Below, piece after piece: positions 26,352 through 34,756 of a stretch of DNA of 64,000 nucleotides. The notes below the pieces were generated by a model. It ran no database searches. It was not told the DNA's origin and worked only from the letters and a program-made list of their open reading frames with translations. Position 1 is the first letter of the stretch; every line of letters begins with the position of its first letter. The stretch is taken from the IMG/VR virus record IMGVR_UViG_3300024350_000006; one strand, 5' to 3'. The position numbers and the translations under genes were made by a program. This DNA is from a virus.

Positions 26352-26417
26352 ATATTGAAGCACATTGCGATGCCGTTCCGCGGCGGCGACCACAACGAGA
26401 GTAGTGTGTTTCAATAT
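26352..26417 (+). ncRNA. stem-closed RNA cassette 7
   Basis: ATATTGAAGCACATTGC / GTAGTGTGTTTCAATAT. Confidence 0.6.
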
Positions 26418-26953
26418 TAATACCAAAGATGGTAAGGTTCAGGTTTAAATCTCATTGAGAATATAGCTCTAAGTTTATCCTGGTTATTTTCCACACTGTG
26501 TGGTATATCTACTCTAACTAGATGTGGTGTGGTAAGAGCAAGGCCAGCTAATTTAATTTTATTCTCACCGTCCATTTTGGCAATATTGTTACCGTAGGAT
26601 TGATGACTACGATATTCCACAATATCTACATTATCCCACCAGATCATTTCCGACTGATCGCAGTTTAGTAGTGGTAAGTTAAGACTAAAAATTCTGGAAA
26701 CTTCCGAATTTCCGTCTACGTGGATGTATAACCCATCTCTAGGTGGAGTTACAAAAAATCTTCCTACATCTAGTACAAGATTGTTTGCGTTAAAAAACTT
26801 TACTAGTTCTGGGCAATATTGTTCTATAAGATCGTGACTGGTAGCCTTGGTGTTTGTAGAATCGAAGTCTGTGATAGTCTTGTACATAAGATCTATCAGC
26901 TTAGGTTTAATAATTTGAAAGTCAGGAAGGTCTATGGCTTTGTAGGGAAGCAT
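26417..26953 (-). CDS. 2OG-Fe(II)/cupin-like hypothetical protein
   Basis: IHVD...LNLP...PHSVEN...R..FSMRF. Confidence 0.7.
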   Translation of the reverse strand: MLPYKAIDLPDFQIIKPKLIDLMYKTITDFDSTNTKATSHDLIEQYCPELVKFFNANNLVLDVGRFFVTPPRDGLYIHVDGNSEVSRIFSLNLPLLNCDQSEMIWWDNVDIVEYRSHQSYGNNIAKMDGENKIKLAGLALTTPHLVRVDIPHSVENNQDKLRAIFSMRFKPEPYHLWY

Positions 26954-26991
26954 AAAAATATTTATAGTGAGTTGTTATAGTAAAAGAAAAT

Positions 26992-27067
26992 GGGGGTGTA
27001 GCTCAGCTGGGAGAGCAGGACCTTTGCAAGGTCAAGGTAGCGGGTTCGAGTCCTGTCACCTCCACCA
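26992..27067 (+). tRNA. tRNA-Ala(TGC)
   Basis: G3:U70 pair, loop TTTGCAA. Confidence 0.95.
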
Positions 27068-27083
27068 TTTTAAGGAGTGTATT

Positions 27084-27479
27084 ATGTGGATAGAAAATGT
27101 AGCCGCCATTGATGTCAAAAACGGGCATCATTTCGATGCTGGCCCCAATAGTATGTTGATACAAATAGCCGATCCTGCAGGCTGGTTTCCTACCCCCAAA
27201 CACTCTTTTAAAGAAGTCCATAGGTTTGAATTTCTAGATGCCGACGATCAAGATGGCTTCCCTGAAGAAACCAAGATATCTAGAACACAGGCACAGGATA
27301 TCACTTTGTTACTTAAACGTGCAGTGTCTGACAGAATGAATGTAGTAGTACATTGCACAGCAGGTCTCTGTCGTAGTGGTGCAGTTTGTGAAGTAGGTAT
27401 TGTTCTAGGACTAGCTGATACTGGAAAGTTTAGACTACCCAATGTGCGTGTCAAAAAGTTTTTGTTGGATGCCATTTAA
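27084..27479 (+). CDS. tyrosine/dual-specificity phosphatase-like protein
   Basis: VHCTAGLCRS (HCxxGxxRS). Confidence 0.85.
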   Translation: MWIENVAAIDVKNGHHFDAGPNSMLIQIADPAGWFPTPKHSFKEVHRFEFLDADDQDGFPEETKISRTQAQDITLLLKRAVSDRMNVVVHCTAGLCRSGAVCEVGIVLGLADTGKFRLPNVRVKKFLLDAI

Positions 27480-28154
27480 CCGTAGCCAATCCTCATAAAA
27501 CTTTATACTAGTATTGGTAAAGGGAAATCCTAAAGTTTCTAGCCAGTTGTTAAATTTTTGCGGGTTAATAAGGTCTAAATAATCTATAGTATAGTCTGAA
27601 TCTAAATTAAAACAAGCAGGCAATAATTCTTGTTCATCAAAACTTTTAAGATAGTATTGTTTAAGTTCTTCTAGAGTTAGATTTTCTAGATTAAATTTAT
27701 CCTGTGGTGTTATTTCTATACCTGAAGTCTTTAAAAGATGTATGTGATGATCCACAAGGTGTTCTAATAAAGCGGGATAACTTCCTTGTGTGTAGGTTAC
27801 TGCCAGAGTACAACATCTATCCTGGTACTTTGCTACTATAAAGTTATACTGTTCTAGAGAATTAGTTCCAAACATAAGATGTTTACCCTGCTTAAATGCA
27901 GTATTAATTATACTATCTAGATAATCTTGACTAGATTGCCAGTCAACATTACGGAAGTTTCTGTAATTGCCTTCAATTCTTGGTAAAAAGTTTGTAACGA
28001 TTTCTCCCAGGGCACGTATTTTTAAAAATTTGTCCTCTAGAATATAATCACATATATTATAAAATTGATCCGGTGCATTTTTAATAATTTGAGCTCCAGC
28101 TATTTCAAACATATTAAGTCTTTGTGTTTTGAATAGATAGATAAAATTTGACAT
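27435..28154 (-). CDS. hypothetical protein
   Basis: 239 aa ORF. Confidence 0.7.
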   Translation of the reverse strand: MSNFIYLFKTQRLNMFEIAGAQIIKNAPDQFYNICDYILEDKFLKIRALGEIVTNFLPRIEGNYRNFRNVDWQSSQDYLDSIINTAFKQGKHLMFGTNSLEQYNFIVAKYQDRCCTLAVTYTQGSYPALLEHLVDHHIHLLKTSGIEITPQDKFNLENLTLEELKQYYLKSFDEQELLPACFNLDSDYTIDYLDLINPQKFNNWLETLGFPFTNTSIKFYEDWLRLNGIQQKLFDTHIG

Positions 28155-28199
28155 CTTGATAGTTTAATAGTAAAATATTTATAATAAGAGACTTGTATA

Positions 28200-28832
28200 A
28201 TGAACAAAATACCAATCTGGCTGCATCAGCCCGCGAATATAGATCCTAATGCGTTAGCTGATATAAAACTAGAAATTTTAAATCTGTTCAATGAAACTAA
28301 GACAAGTAGGTTATTCAGCGAAAAAACAATGGGATACAGTACTAAAGATCTCTACAGTAAAGTAGAGCTACTGAAAAAATTGCCAAGTTTGACGAGAGAA
28401 TTGAATAGGTTAAAAATTTTAAAATACTTTGACGTGCTGTGTTTATTCTGGCTGAGACCAGAATATTCCGAATTACCAATACATATAGACGATCCTGAAT
28501 TTAATGTTAATGTAGCTCTTAATATACCCGTGCAAGGTTGCACAGGCAGTTACACAGTGTGGTACGATGCTGAAATAGATTTTAATGCTAAAATACCCGA
28601 CTATGCCACTGATGGTATCTATGATCCTGGCGGCAGAACAATCACAGGTACTGCAAAAGAAATAGCTAGAATTGACAGCGGAGTGCCCAGCTGGGTAAAT
28701 ATTGCTGTACCACACAGAGGTATGTATATAAGTGGTCAGGAAAGAATAAACGCTAGTTTAAGATTTACTTCTGAAATATATGATATTTTAGACAGTGAGT
28801 TTTTTAACCAGCAATTAGTTATGCGGGCGTAG
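28200..28832 (+). CDS. 2OG-Fe(II)/cupin-like hypothetical protein
   Basis: PIHID...LNIP...PHRG...RINASLRF; stop codon inside tRNA-Gly. Confidence 0.7.
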   Translation: MNKIPIWLHQPANIDPNALADIKLEILNLFNETKTSRLFSEKTMGYSTKDLYSKVELLKKLPSLTRELNRLKILKYFDVLCLFWLRPEYSELPIHIDDPEFNVNVALNIPVQGCTGSYTVWYDAEIDFNAKIPDYATDGIYDPGGRTITGTAKEIARIDSGVPSWVNIAVPHRGMYISGQERINASLRFTSEIYDILDSEFFNQQLVMRA

Positions 28833-28898
28833 CTCAGTTGGTAGAGCACTTGCCTTCCAAGCAAGACGTCGAGAGTTCGAACCTCTTCGCCCGCTCCA
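28823..28898 (+). tRNA. tRNA-Gly(TCC)
   Basis: Canonical cloverleaf. Confidence 0.96.
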
Positions 28899-28917
28899 AG
28901 TTTCAAGGAGATAGTAA

Positions 28918-29100
28918 ATGAAACCTATTACATTTATTGTAGAACGTAGTAAAGAACGTGTGATATGTGAGAACACTCGCGATGTTCGTGTGATAGATGG
29001 CGTAGAATATCTCACTGTTCACAAAGAAAACAATCCTAGACCTTTCCTAATGCGGCGTGACAGTCTTAAAAAACTTGAACGCAAGTCAATCAATTTTTAA
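28918..29100 (+). CDS. hypothetical protein
   Basis: AAGGAG RBS. Confidence 0.65.
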   Translation: MKPITFIVERSKERVICENTRDVRVIDGVEYLTVHKENNPRPFLMRRDSLKKLERKSINF

Positions 29101-29105
29101 TCAAT

Positions 29106-29198
29106 GTTGCTAATATTGTAACTTTTTTATTGTTAAAAAAGCAACAAAAATTCTGGTTGACATTATCCCCCAAATAGGTTATAATAGCGGTATAGTAA
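29106..29198 (+). promoter_or_regulatory. early sigma70 promoter with upstream palindromic boxes
   Basis: TTGACA(29157)-17-TATAAT followed by AGCGGTATAGTAA. Confidence 0.8.
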
Positions 29199-29215
29199 TT
29201 AACAAGGAGCGGGCG

Positions 29216-29497
29216 ATGGAAATCTTCGCATATATCGGAATGGTAGCAGTGGGTATGGGAATATTTGGTATTGCCTGCGTGTTATATAGTTTGATCCGCG
29301 CCCTGTTTCTAGCACACGATTTTATTATGTGGCAGTATGCTATGAGCAAAGAGAGCAATCCTGACCTTAAGTTTGAATTTAAACTGTACTTCCGTGGCAT
29401 TGCCAAGAACTGGATTGATATGATAGGATACACATCTGACAGCTTTACCTGCCGCATTGGGTCTAGCGAGTGGTCAGGTTGGAGATCCTGGCGATAA
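29216..29497 (+). CDS. hypothetical membrane protein
   Basis: RBS, N-terminal TM helix. Confidence 0.65.
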   Translation: MEIFAYIGMVAVGMGIFGIACVLYSLIRALFLAHDFIMWQYAMSKESNPDLKFEFKLYFRGIAKNWIDMIGYTSDSFTCRIGSSEWSGWRSWR

Positions 29498-29664
29498 TGT
29501 GGATCTTACTTAATATTTTACTAATTGCTGGACAGCCCGACATCACAGTAGTTGCCAAAACTACCACAATGACGGAATGCATTAACCTACTGAAACAGCA
29601 GCCCAGAAACTCTGGCCATTATTGTGTCTATGCAAAGACAGGTGACAAAACAAATGAGAAGTAA
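29497..29664 (+). CDS. small hypothetical protein
   Basis: TAATG translational coupling. Confidence 0.5.
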   Translation: MWILLNILLIAGQPDITVVAKTTTMTECINLLKQQPRNSGHYCVYAKTGDKTNEK

Positions 29665-29932
29665 ATTTTCAATATACGACATTGATAGAGACCGTAAAAT
29701 TATTTTTATTGAAGATGACAACGGCCCTGTCTCAGTTACAAATGATGCAGAAAATGTTCTTCGATCTGTGCGCAATGCAACAGGAGATAGCTATCGTGTA
29801 GTGTATAAAGACAGCACGGGTGAGTGGTGGGAAATTGTTGAGAATCGCACCACTTGGATGGGCACAGGCATTGGATTCGAACCTTGGAATGGGTTAGCCT
29901 GGGACATACTAAACACCGAGGAGCCGCAATGA
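29654..29932 (+). CDS. hypothetical protein
   Basis: SVTNDAENV motif. Confidence 0.65.
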   Translation: MRSKFSIYDIDRDRKIIFIEDDNGPVSVTNDAENVLRSVRNATGDSYRVVYKDSTGEWWEIVENRTTWMGTGIGFEPWNGLAWDILNTEEPQ

Positions 29933-30126
29933 ACAAATTTGAACAATGGATGCTAAAGCGTATTATCAGACAAGAAGTGCGCCAGGGAGGCCATCCCGAA
30001 CGAATAGTTAAACTCTACGCAATGATACGTGAAGCCTGTGAGCAAGAGTTTTATGAAGACAATATACCAACATTAAATTATTCCCTCTGTGGATGGTTTG
30101 AAGATAGTTTAAGAAAATTAAAATAA
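29929..30126 (+). CDS. hypothetical protein
   Basis: GAGGAG RBS, ATGA overlap. Confidence 0.6.
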   Translation: MNKFEQWMLKRIIRQEVRQGGHPERIVKLYAMIREACEQEFYEDNIPTLNYSLCGWFEDSLRKLK

Positions 30127-30136
30127 GGAGAGCAAA

Positions 30137-30700
30137 ATGCCAGCAGTGTTTTTAGTAAGTGACACGCATTTTGGTCACGCTGGCGTTTGCCGCTTTATGC
30201 GGAACGATGGAGTAACCAAACTGCGCCCCTGGGACAACCCCGAGGAAATGGATGAGTTTATGGTCAAAGCCTGGAACGAACGAGTTAGGCCCAACGACAA
30301 AGTCTATCATCTTGGTGACGTTGTTATTAACCGTCGAGCACTTGCTACACTTGCACGCCTAAACGGTGACAAAGTCTTGATACGTGGTAACCACGATATC
30401 TTCCGTGATGACGAATATAGAAAGTACTTCCGTGAACTACGTGCGTACCACGTTATGAACGGAATGATACTGAGCCATATTCCCATCCACGAGGAAAGCC
30501 TGGGTCGTTTTGGTACCAACATACACGGTCATCTTCACGCAAACCGCGTAATGAAAGATGGTGTAGTTGATACTCGCTATCACTGTGTGTGCGTAGAACA
30601 AACAGACTTTCGTCCCATACTGTTTGAAGATGTCATCAAGCGTATCGAGGCTGAGGGTGGTTCAGTGGGTTTTAAAAATGGGAACGGTCCTATTATGTAA
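30137..30700 (+). CDS. calcineurin-like metallophosphoesterase
   Basis: SDTHFGH, HLGDV, GNHD, HGHLH. Confidence 0.92.
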   Translation: MPAVFLVSDTHFGHAGVCRFMRNDGVTKLRPWDNPEEMDEFMVKAWNERVRPNDKVYHLGDVVINRRALATLARLNGDKVLIRGNHDIFRDDEYRKYFRELRAYHVMNGMILSHIPIHEESLGRFGTNIHGHLHANRVMKDGVVDTRYHCVCVEQTDFRPILFEDVIKRIEAEGGSVGFKNGNGPIM

Positions 30701-30727
30701 ATACTAGGACTGTTTTCCAGGATTTTT

Positions 30728-31288
30728 ATGAAAAAAGACGAAAATTTTGATGCTAGGCAACGTATTGAATTAAAGTTACTGGAAAATTCCACACATTATA
30801 TCTACGGTGAAATTAACTCAGAAAACATAGCTGAAGCAATAAAATGGATTCTTTATGAAAATTTGCAAGCCAAAGAACAAAAAACACTGACGTTATATAT
30901 TAACAGTATAGGGGGAGATCTTTATGATGCCTTCGCTCTAATAGATGTTATGAAGAACAGCCCACATACTATCAGGACCGTGGGCATTGGGTCAGTGATG
31001 TCATCAGCATTTCTAATTTTTTCTGCAGGAACAAAGGGGGAACGCTGGGCCAGTGCCAATGCAAGTTTTATGAGTCATCAGTATTCTGACAATCTCAGTG
31101 GCAAGCATCACGATCTCAAGGCCACGATGAAAGACGGAGAACTTATGAATCAGCGTATGATTGATCTGCTTAAAACAGTCACCGGGCTACCCGCAAGCAA
31201 GGTTAAATCTAAATTATTACCACCCACGGATGTTTATCTGACTGCACAGGAGATCATTGACCTTGGTGTAGCGGATCATTTAATATAA
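30728..31288 (+). CDS. clpP: ClpP-family protease subunit
   Basis: LYINSIGG, catalytic Ser/His/Asp region, YLTAQE..DLGVAD. Confidence 0.88.
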   Translation: MKKDENFDARQRIELKLLENSTHYIYGEINSENIAEAIKWILYENLQAKEQKTLTLYINSIGGDLYDAFALIDVMKNSPHTIRTVGIGSVMSSAFLIFSAGTKGERWASANASFMSHQYSDNLSGKHHDLKATMKDGELMNQRMIDLLKTVTGLPASKVKSKLLPPTDVYLTAQEIIDLGVADHLI

Positions 31289-31289
31289 T

Positions 31290-31365
31290 GCTGCTATAGC
31301 TCTAGTGGTAGAGCGCCGCCTTGGTAAGGCGGAGGTCACTGGTTCGAATCCAGTTAGCAGCACCA
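31290..31365 (+). tRNA. tRNA-Thr(GGT)
   Basis: Canonical cloverleaf. Confidence 0.95.
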
Positions 31366-31384
31366 AATAATTCAAGAGGCGTAA

Positions 31385-31858
31385 ATGGAAAGAAAACTTG
31401 ATATCGATGCAGTAAAAAAATTTATAGACCAACAAAGTGATAGTACCAAAATTTATATCGGTGCAGACAGTGCCAGATATAAAGTTGGTAATAAGTGGTA
31501 TGCTGATTATACACTGGCTGTGGTAGTGCATATTGATGGTTGTCACGGTTGTAAGATTTTTGGTGAAGTACAGACAGAAGTTGATTATGATCACAAAGCC
31601 AGCCGTCCCAGTATGCGTCTTATGAACGAAGTCTACAAGGTGGCAGAACTCTATCAGAAGTTGGTAGACGTAATTGGTGATCGTGAGGTACAAATACATC
31701 TTGACATTAATCCTGATGAGCGCCATAATAGCAGCATTGTGATACAACAGGCTGTGGGTTATATTCGTGGTGTGTGCAATGTGATACCAATGGTGAAGCC
31801 TCGTGCCTTCGCTGCTAGTTATGCAGCAGATAGGTTAAAAGAAGTCCTAGCAGCCTAG
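31385..31858 (+). CDS. RNase H-like YkuK family protein
   Basis: IYIGADS...E...IHLDIN..S...VKPRAFAASYAAD. Confidence 0.82.
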   Translation: MERKLDIDAVKKFIDQQSDSTKIYIGADSARYKVGNKWYADYTLAVVVHIDGCHGCKIFGEVQTEVDYDHKASRPSMRLMNEVYKVAELYQKLVDVIGDREVQIHLDINPDERHNSSIVIQQAVGYIRGVCNVIPMVKPRAFAASYAADRLKEVLAA

Positions 31859-31864
31859 AAATAA

Positions 31865-31939
31865 ACTTCGGTGGCAGAATGGTTGATGCTCCCATCTCTA
31901 AAATGGGCTAAATGGGTTCGAATCCCATCCGAAGTACCA
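31865..31939 (+). tRNA. amber suppressor tRNA (anticodon CTA)
   Basis: ACTTCGG/CCGAAGT acceptor, CCCAT-CTCTAAA-ATGGG anticodon arm, canonical T-arm, ACCA. Confidence 0.9.
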
Positions 31940-31945
31940 TAATTT

Positions 31946-31971
31946 AACCGCCCCTAGGGGCGGTTTTTCTT
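31946..31971 (+). terminator. intrinsic terminator ending the tRNA island
   Basis: AACCGCCCC-TA-GGGGCGGTT followed by T tract. Confidence 0.8.
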
Positions 31972-32032
31972 TGACTATTTTTTTAATAACCTGTAAACTA
32001 AACGTTAAATACACTATATTTTCAACTACCCT

Positions 32033-33010
32033 ATGTTAAAAAATCAAATATTAAAATATAGTAGGCAAACTACTATGGCTCCACTGGGAGCTTGGTTTGA
32101 TCAAACTCTTGACAAACTTATCTATAAAAATACCTACGTCTACGAAGATACTTTAAAAGTGTTTCAGGAACGCCTTGTACAAGGGCTTCGTGATTACCGT
32201 GACAAATATAAAATAGAAAATGTTGCATTGGGAATGAGTGGTGGTGTAGATAGTGCTCTTACTGCTGCATTATTTAAACAAGCAGGATGGAATGTATTGG
32301 GCGTAACAATGCCTATACATCAAAATCCTGAAGAAACTGCCCGCGGTATTGAAACAATACAGGCATTAGGTATAGAACATAAACATATAGATCTAACTGA
32401 AGATTTTGATAGGTTATATAATAGTTTCCTAGCCCGAGACTTTAGTCTAGGCAATAGTCCACTGCGCAGTGGTAATCTAAGAGTTCGTCTGCGTATGATG
32501 ACAGTTTATAATGAAGCTTCACGCATTGGGGGACTAGTAGGCAGTACTGACAACTTTAGCGAACTAGCAGCAGGTTTTTGGACACTACACGGTGACGTTG
32601 GTGATCTAGCACCCATACAAAGTTTAAACAAAAGTTGGGAAGTTCCTAAACTTGCTGAAATGGCCGGTGTGCCTGATTCCACAGTGTTTGCAAGACCCAC
32701 CGACGGACTAGGCATTAGCAATGGTGATGAAGAACAGTTTGGCTTTAGCTATCTTGAATTTGATATTGTTTTATTGTCTCTAGTCACGGCAGTTGCAAGG
32801 CATAATCTAAAAACTGCTGATCAGATTTTACTAATGTTAGAGGTAGATCCCTCTGATCAAGATACAGTAACTCGTGTTAAAAAAATTCTGGATAGAATTA
32901 AATCAAGTACTTTTAAACGAGCTAACCCCTATAATCTTGCTCATCCTATTGATAGTTATAGGTATCAAGGACTAGCCAATCTTGACCAAGCTCTTAGATC
33001 TAATCTATGA
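32033..33010 (+). CDS. nadE: NH3-dependent NAD+ synthetase
   Basis: GMSGGVDS, GNLRVRLRM, N.SE...GFWTLHGD, PTDGL...DEEQFG.SY. Confidence 0.9.
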   Translation: MLKNQILKYSRQTTMAPLGAWFDQTLDKLIYKNTYVYEDTLKVFQERLVQGLRDYRDKYKIENVALGMSGGVDSALTAALFKQAGWNVLGVTMPIHQNPEETARGIETIQALGIEHKHIDLTEDFDRLYNSFLARDFSLGNSPLRSGNLRVRLRMMTVYNEASRIGGLVGSTDNFSELAAGFWTLHGDVGDLAPIQSLNKSWEVPKLAEMAGVPDSTVFARPTDGLGISNGDEEQFGFSYLEFDIVLLSLVTAVARHNLKTADQILLMLEVDPSDQDTVTRVKKILDRIKSSTFKRANPYNLAHPIDSYRYQGLANLDQALRSNL

Positions 33011-33819
33011 AAAAAATAGCCATACTTGGTGCCAATGGCACTCTGGGAAATTTACTCGGCGTTCTACTTAAAGATGTTGGCACTATATTACCAGTAACTA
33101 GAAAAGATCTCGACTTATTAAACTACACTGCTGTTTATGACTGGCTACAACGAGAACACCCAGATGTAATTATTAACTGTGCTTTCAGTGGCGGTAGTGT
33201 TAATACCACCGATGTTAATTTAAGTGATTTGCAGAGAAATATGCAGATGTTCCTTAATTTTTATCATCAGCCATCTAAATTTAGATATATTAACTTTGGT
33301 AGTGGGGCTGAATTCGATAGAGCTAGGGATATCAATAATGTCCAAGAACTGGAAATTACAGAACGTAATCCCATAGACACCTATGGGCTCGCTAAAAACT
33401 ATATTGCCCGCACTATTTGGAAAAGAGACAATTTTTATACATTAAGACTATTTGGTTGTTTTGGTTACAATGAGCCTAGTTCCAGATTATTTAAGAGACT
33501 TCTAAACACAGGCAAACTTAGCGTAATTGATCGTAAATTTGATTTTTTTAGTCATAGAGATATGGCCACTGTCGTTAAACACTACATAAATGCAGATCAA
33601 AAAGACTTAATCAAAGACATTAATTTAGTCTATAAAGAAAAATACAGTCTATACTATCAGGCATTATTGTTTGCTGACACACATTGCCCAACAGGGGAAG
33701 TTTTACTACAGGGATCTAGTGATCTAAATTATACTGGTAACAGTGACTTATTATATAGTCTTAATCTAGATTTACACGGTTTGAAACAGGGAATAGAGGA
33801 TTATAAACCCAATGAATAA
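33007..33819 (+). CDS. NAD-dependent epimerase/reductase (extended SDR)
   Basis: GANGTLG, YGLAK. Confidence 0.85.
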   Translation: MKKIAILGANGTLGNLLGVLLKDVGTILPVTRKDLDLLNYTAVYDWLQREHPDVIINCAFSGGSVNTTDVNLSDLQRNMQMFLNFYHQPSKFRYINFGSGAEFDRARDINNVQELEITERNPIDTYGLAKNYIARTIWKRDNFYTLRLFGCFGYNEPSSRLFKRLLNTGKLSVIDRKFDFFSHRDMATVVKHYINADQKDLIKDINLVYKEKYSLYYQALLFADTHCPTGEVLLQGSSDLNYTGNSDLLYSLNLDLHGLKQGIEDYKPNE

Positions 33820-34756
33820 TAAAAAAATAGTATACATAACTGGATGTCTAGGCTTTATAGGAAGCCACCTAACCAGGCAATGTCTTAACCTAGGGTGGTA
33901 CGTTTGTGGTGTAGATAAACTTACCTATGCAGCCAATCAACAATTTCTACCCGAATTTAAAAATTATCCTAATTTCAAATTTATAGAAAGCGACATTAAT
34001 GATCTTGATATGCTCTATGAATGTGATTATGTAATCAACACTGCGGCAGAAAGTCACGTGGATAACAGTATTGAAGATAGTGACAGTTTTGTACATTCCA
34101 ACATTAATGGTGTTCATAATCTACTAAAACTTATAGCCAAAAAGAAACAACGTCGTCCTATATTTTTACACTACAGCACAGACGAAGTTTATGGAGATAT
34201 TGTAGAAGGCAGTCATAGTGAAAAAGATTTACTCAAACCTAGTAATCCCTATAGCGCAACCAAGGCTGCTGCTGATCAACTAGTGCTAGCCTGGAGTAGA
34301 ACACACGGTATTAACTACATCATTGTTAGGCCTACCAATAATTATGGTATTGGACAATACGTGGAAAAACTTATACCCAAGAGTGTTAAATTTCTGGAAA
34401 TAGGTAGAAAGATAGACCTACATAATAACGGGACACCTATTAGGACCTGGTTACACGCTGCCGATACAGCTAGGGCCACCATACACATTATTAATTCTGG
34501 TGTAGTAAACGAAATCTATAACATAAGCGGCAATCTAGAATTACCAAACATAGAAGTGGTTAAAAAGATTCTTGGTCTTTTTGGTATAGAAGAAAACATA
34601 CAGGATTATATTGAGCCCAGTATGAGGCAGGGGCAGGATGTAAGGTACAGCATTGATGATAGTAAATTGAAGAATCTGGGCTGGCAACCTCAGGCAATAT
34701 TTGACACAGAGCTAGAAAAAATAGTAGAATACTATAGAAATAATTTTGTGTGGTAA
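33812..34756 (+). CDS. rmlB: NDP-glucose 4,6-dehydratase (RmlB-like)
   Basis: TGCLGFIG, AAESHVD, STDEVYG, PYSATK, NNYG. Confidence 0.88.
   Translation: MNNKKIVYITGCLGFIGSHLTRQCLNLGWYVCGVDKLTYAANQQFLPEFKNYPNFKFIESDINDLDMLYECDYVINTAAESHVDNSIEDSDSFVHSNINGVHNLLKLIAKKKQRRPIFLHYSTDEVYGDIVEGSHSEKDLLKPSNPYSATKAAADQLVLAWSRTHGINYIIVRPTNNYGIGQYVEKLIPKSVKFLEIGRKIDLHNNGTPIRTWLHAADTARATIHIINSGVVNEIYNISGNLELPNIEVVKKILGLFGIEENIQDYIEPSMRQGQDVRYSIDDSKLKNLGWQPQAIFDTELEKIVEYYRNNFVW

Noticed and set aside
9945-26417. CRISPR array interpretation of the repeated stems
   Set aside because: The repeats are inverted pairs, dispersed and variable, with no regular repeat-spacer period and no cas genes.
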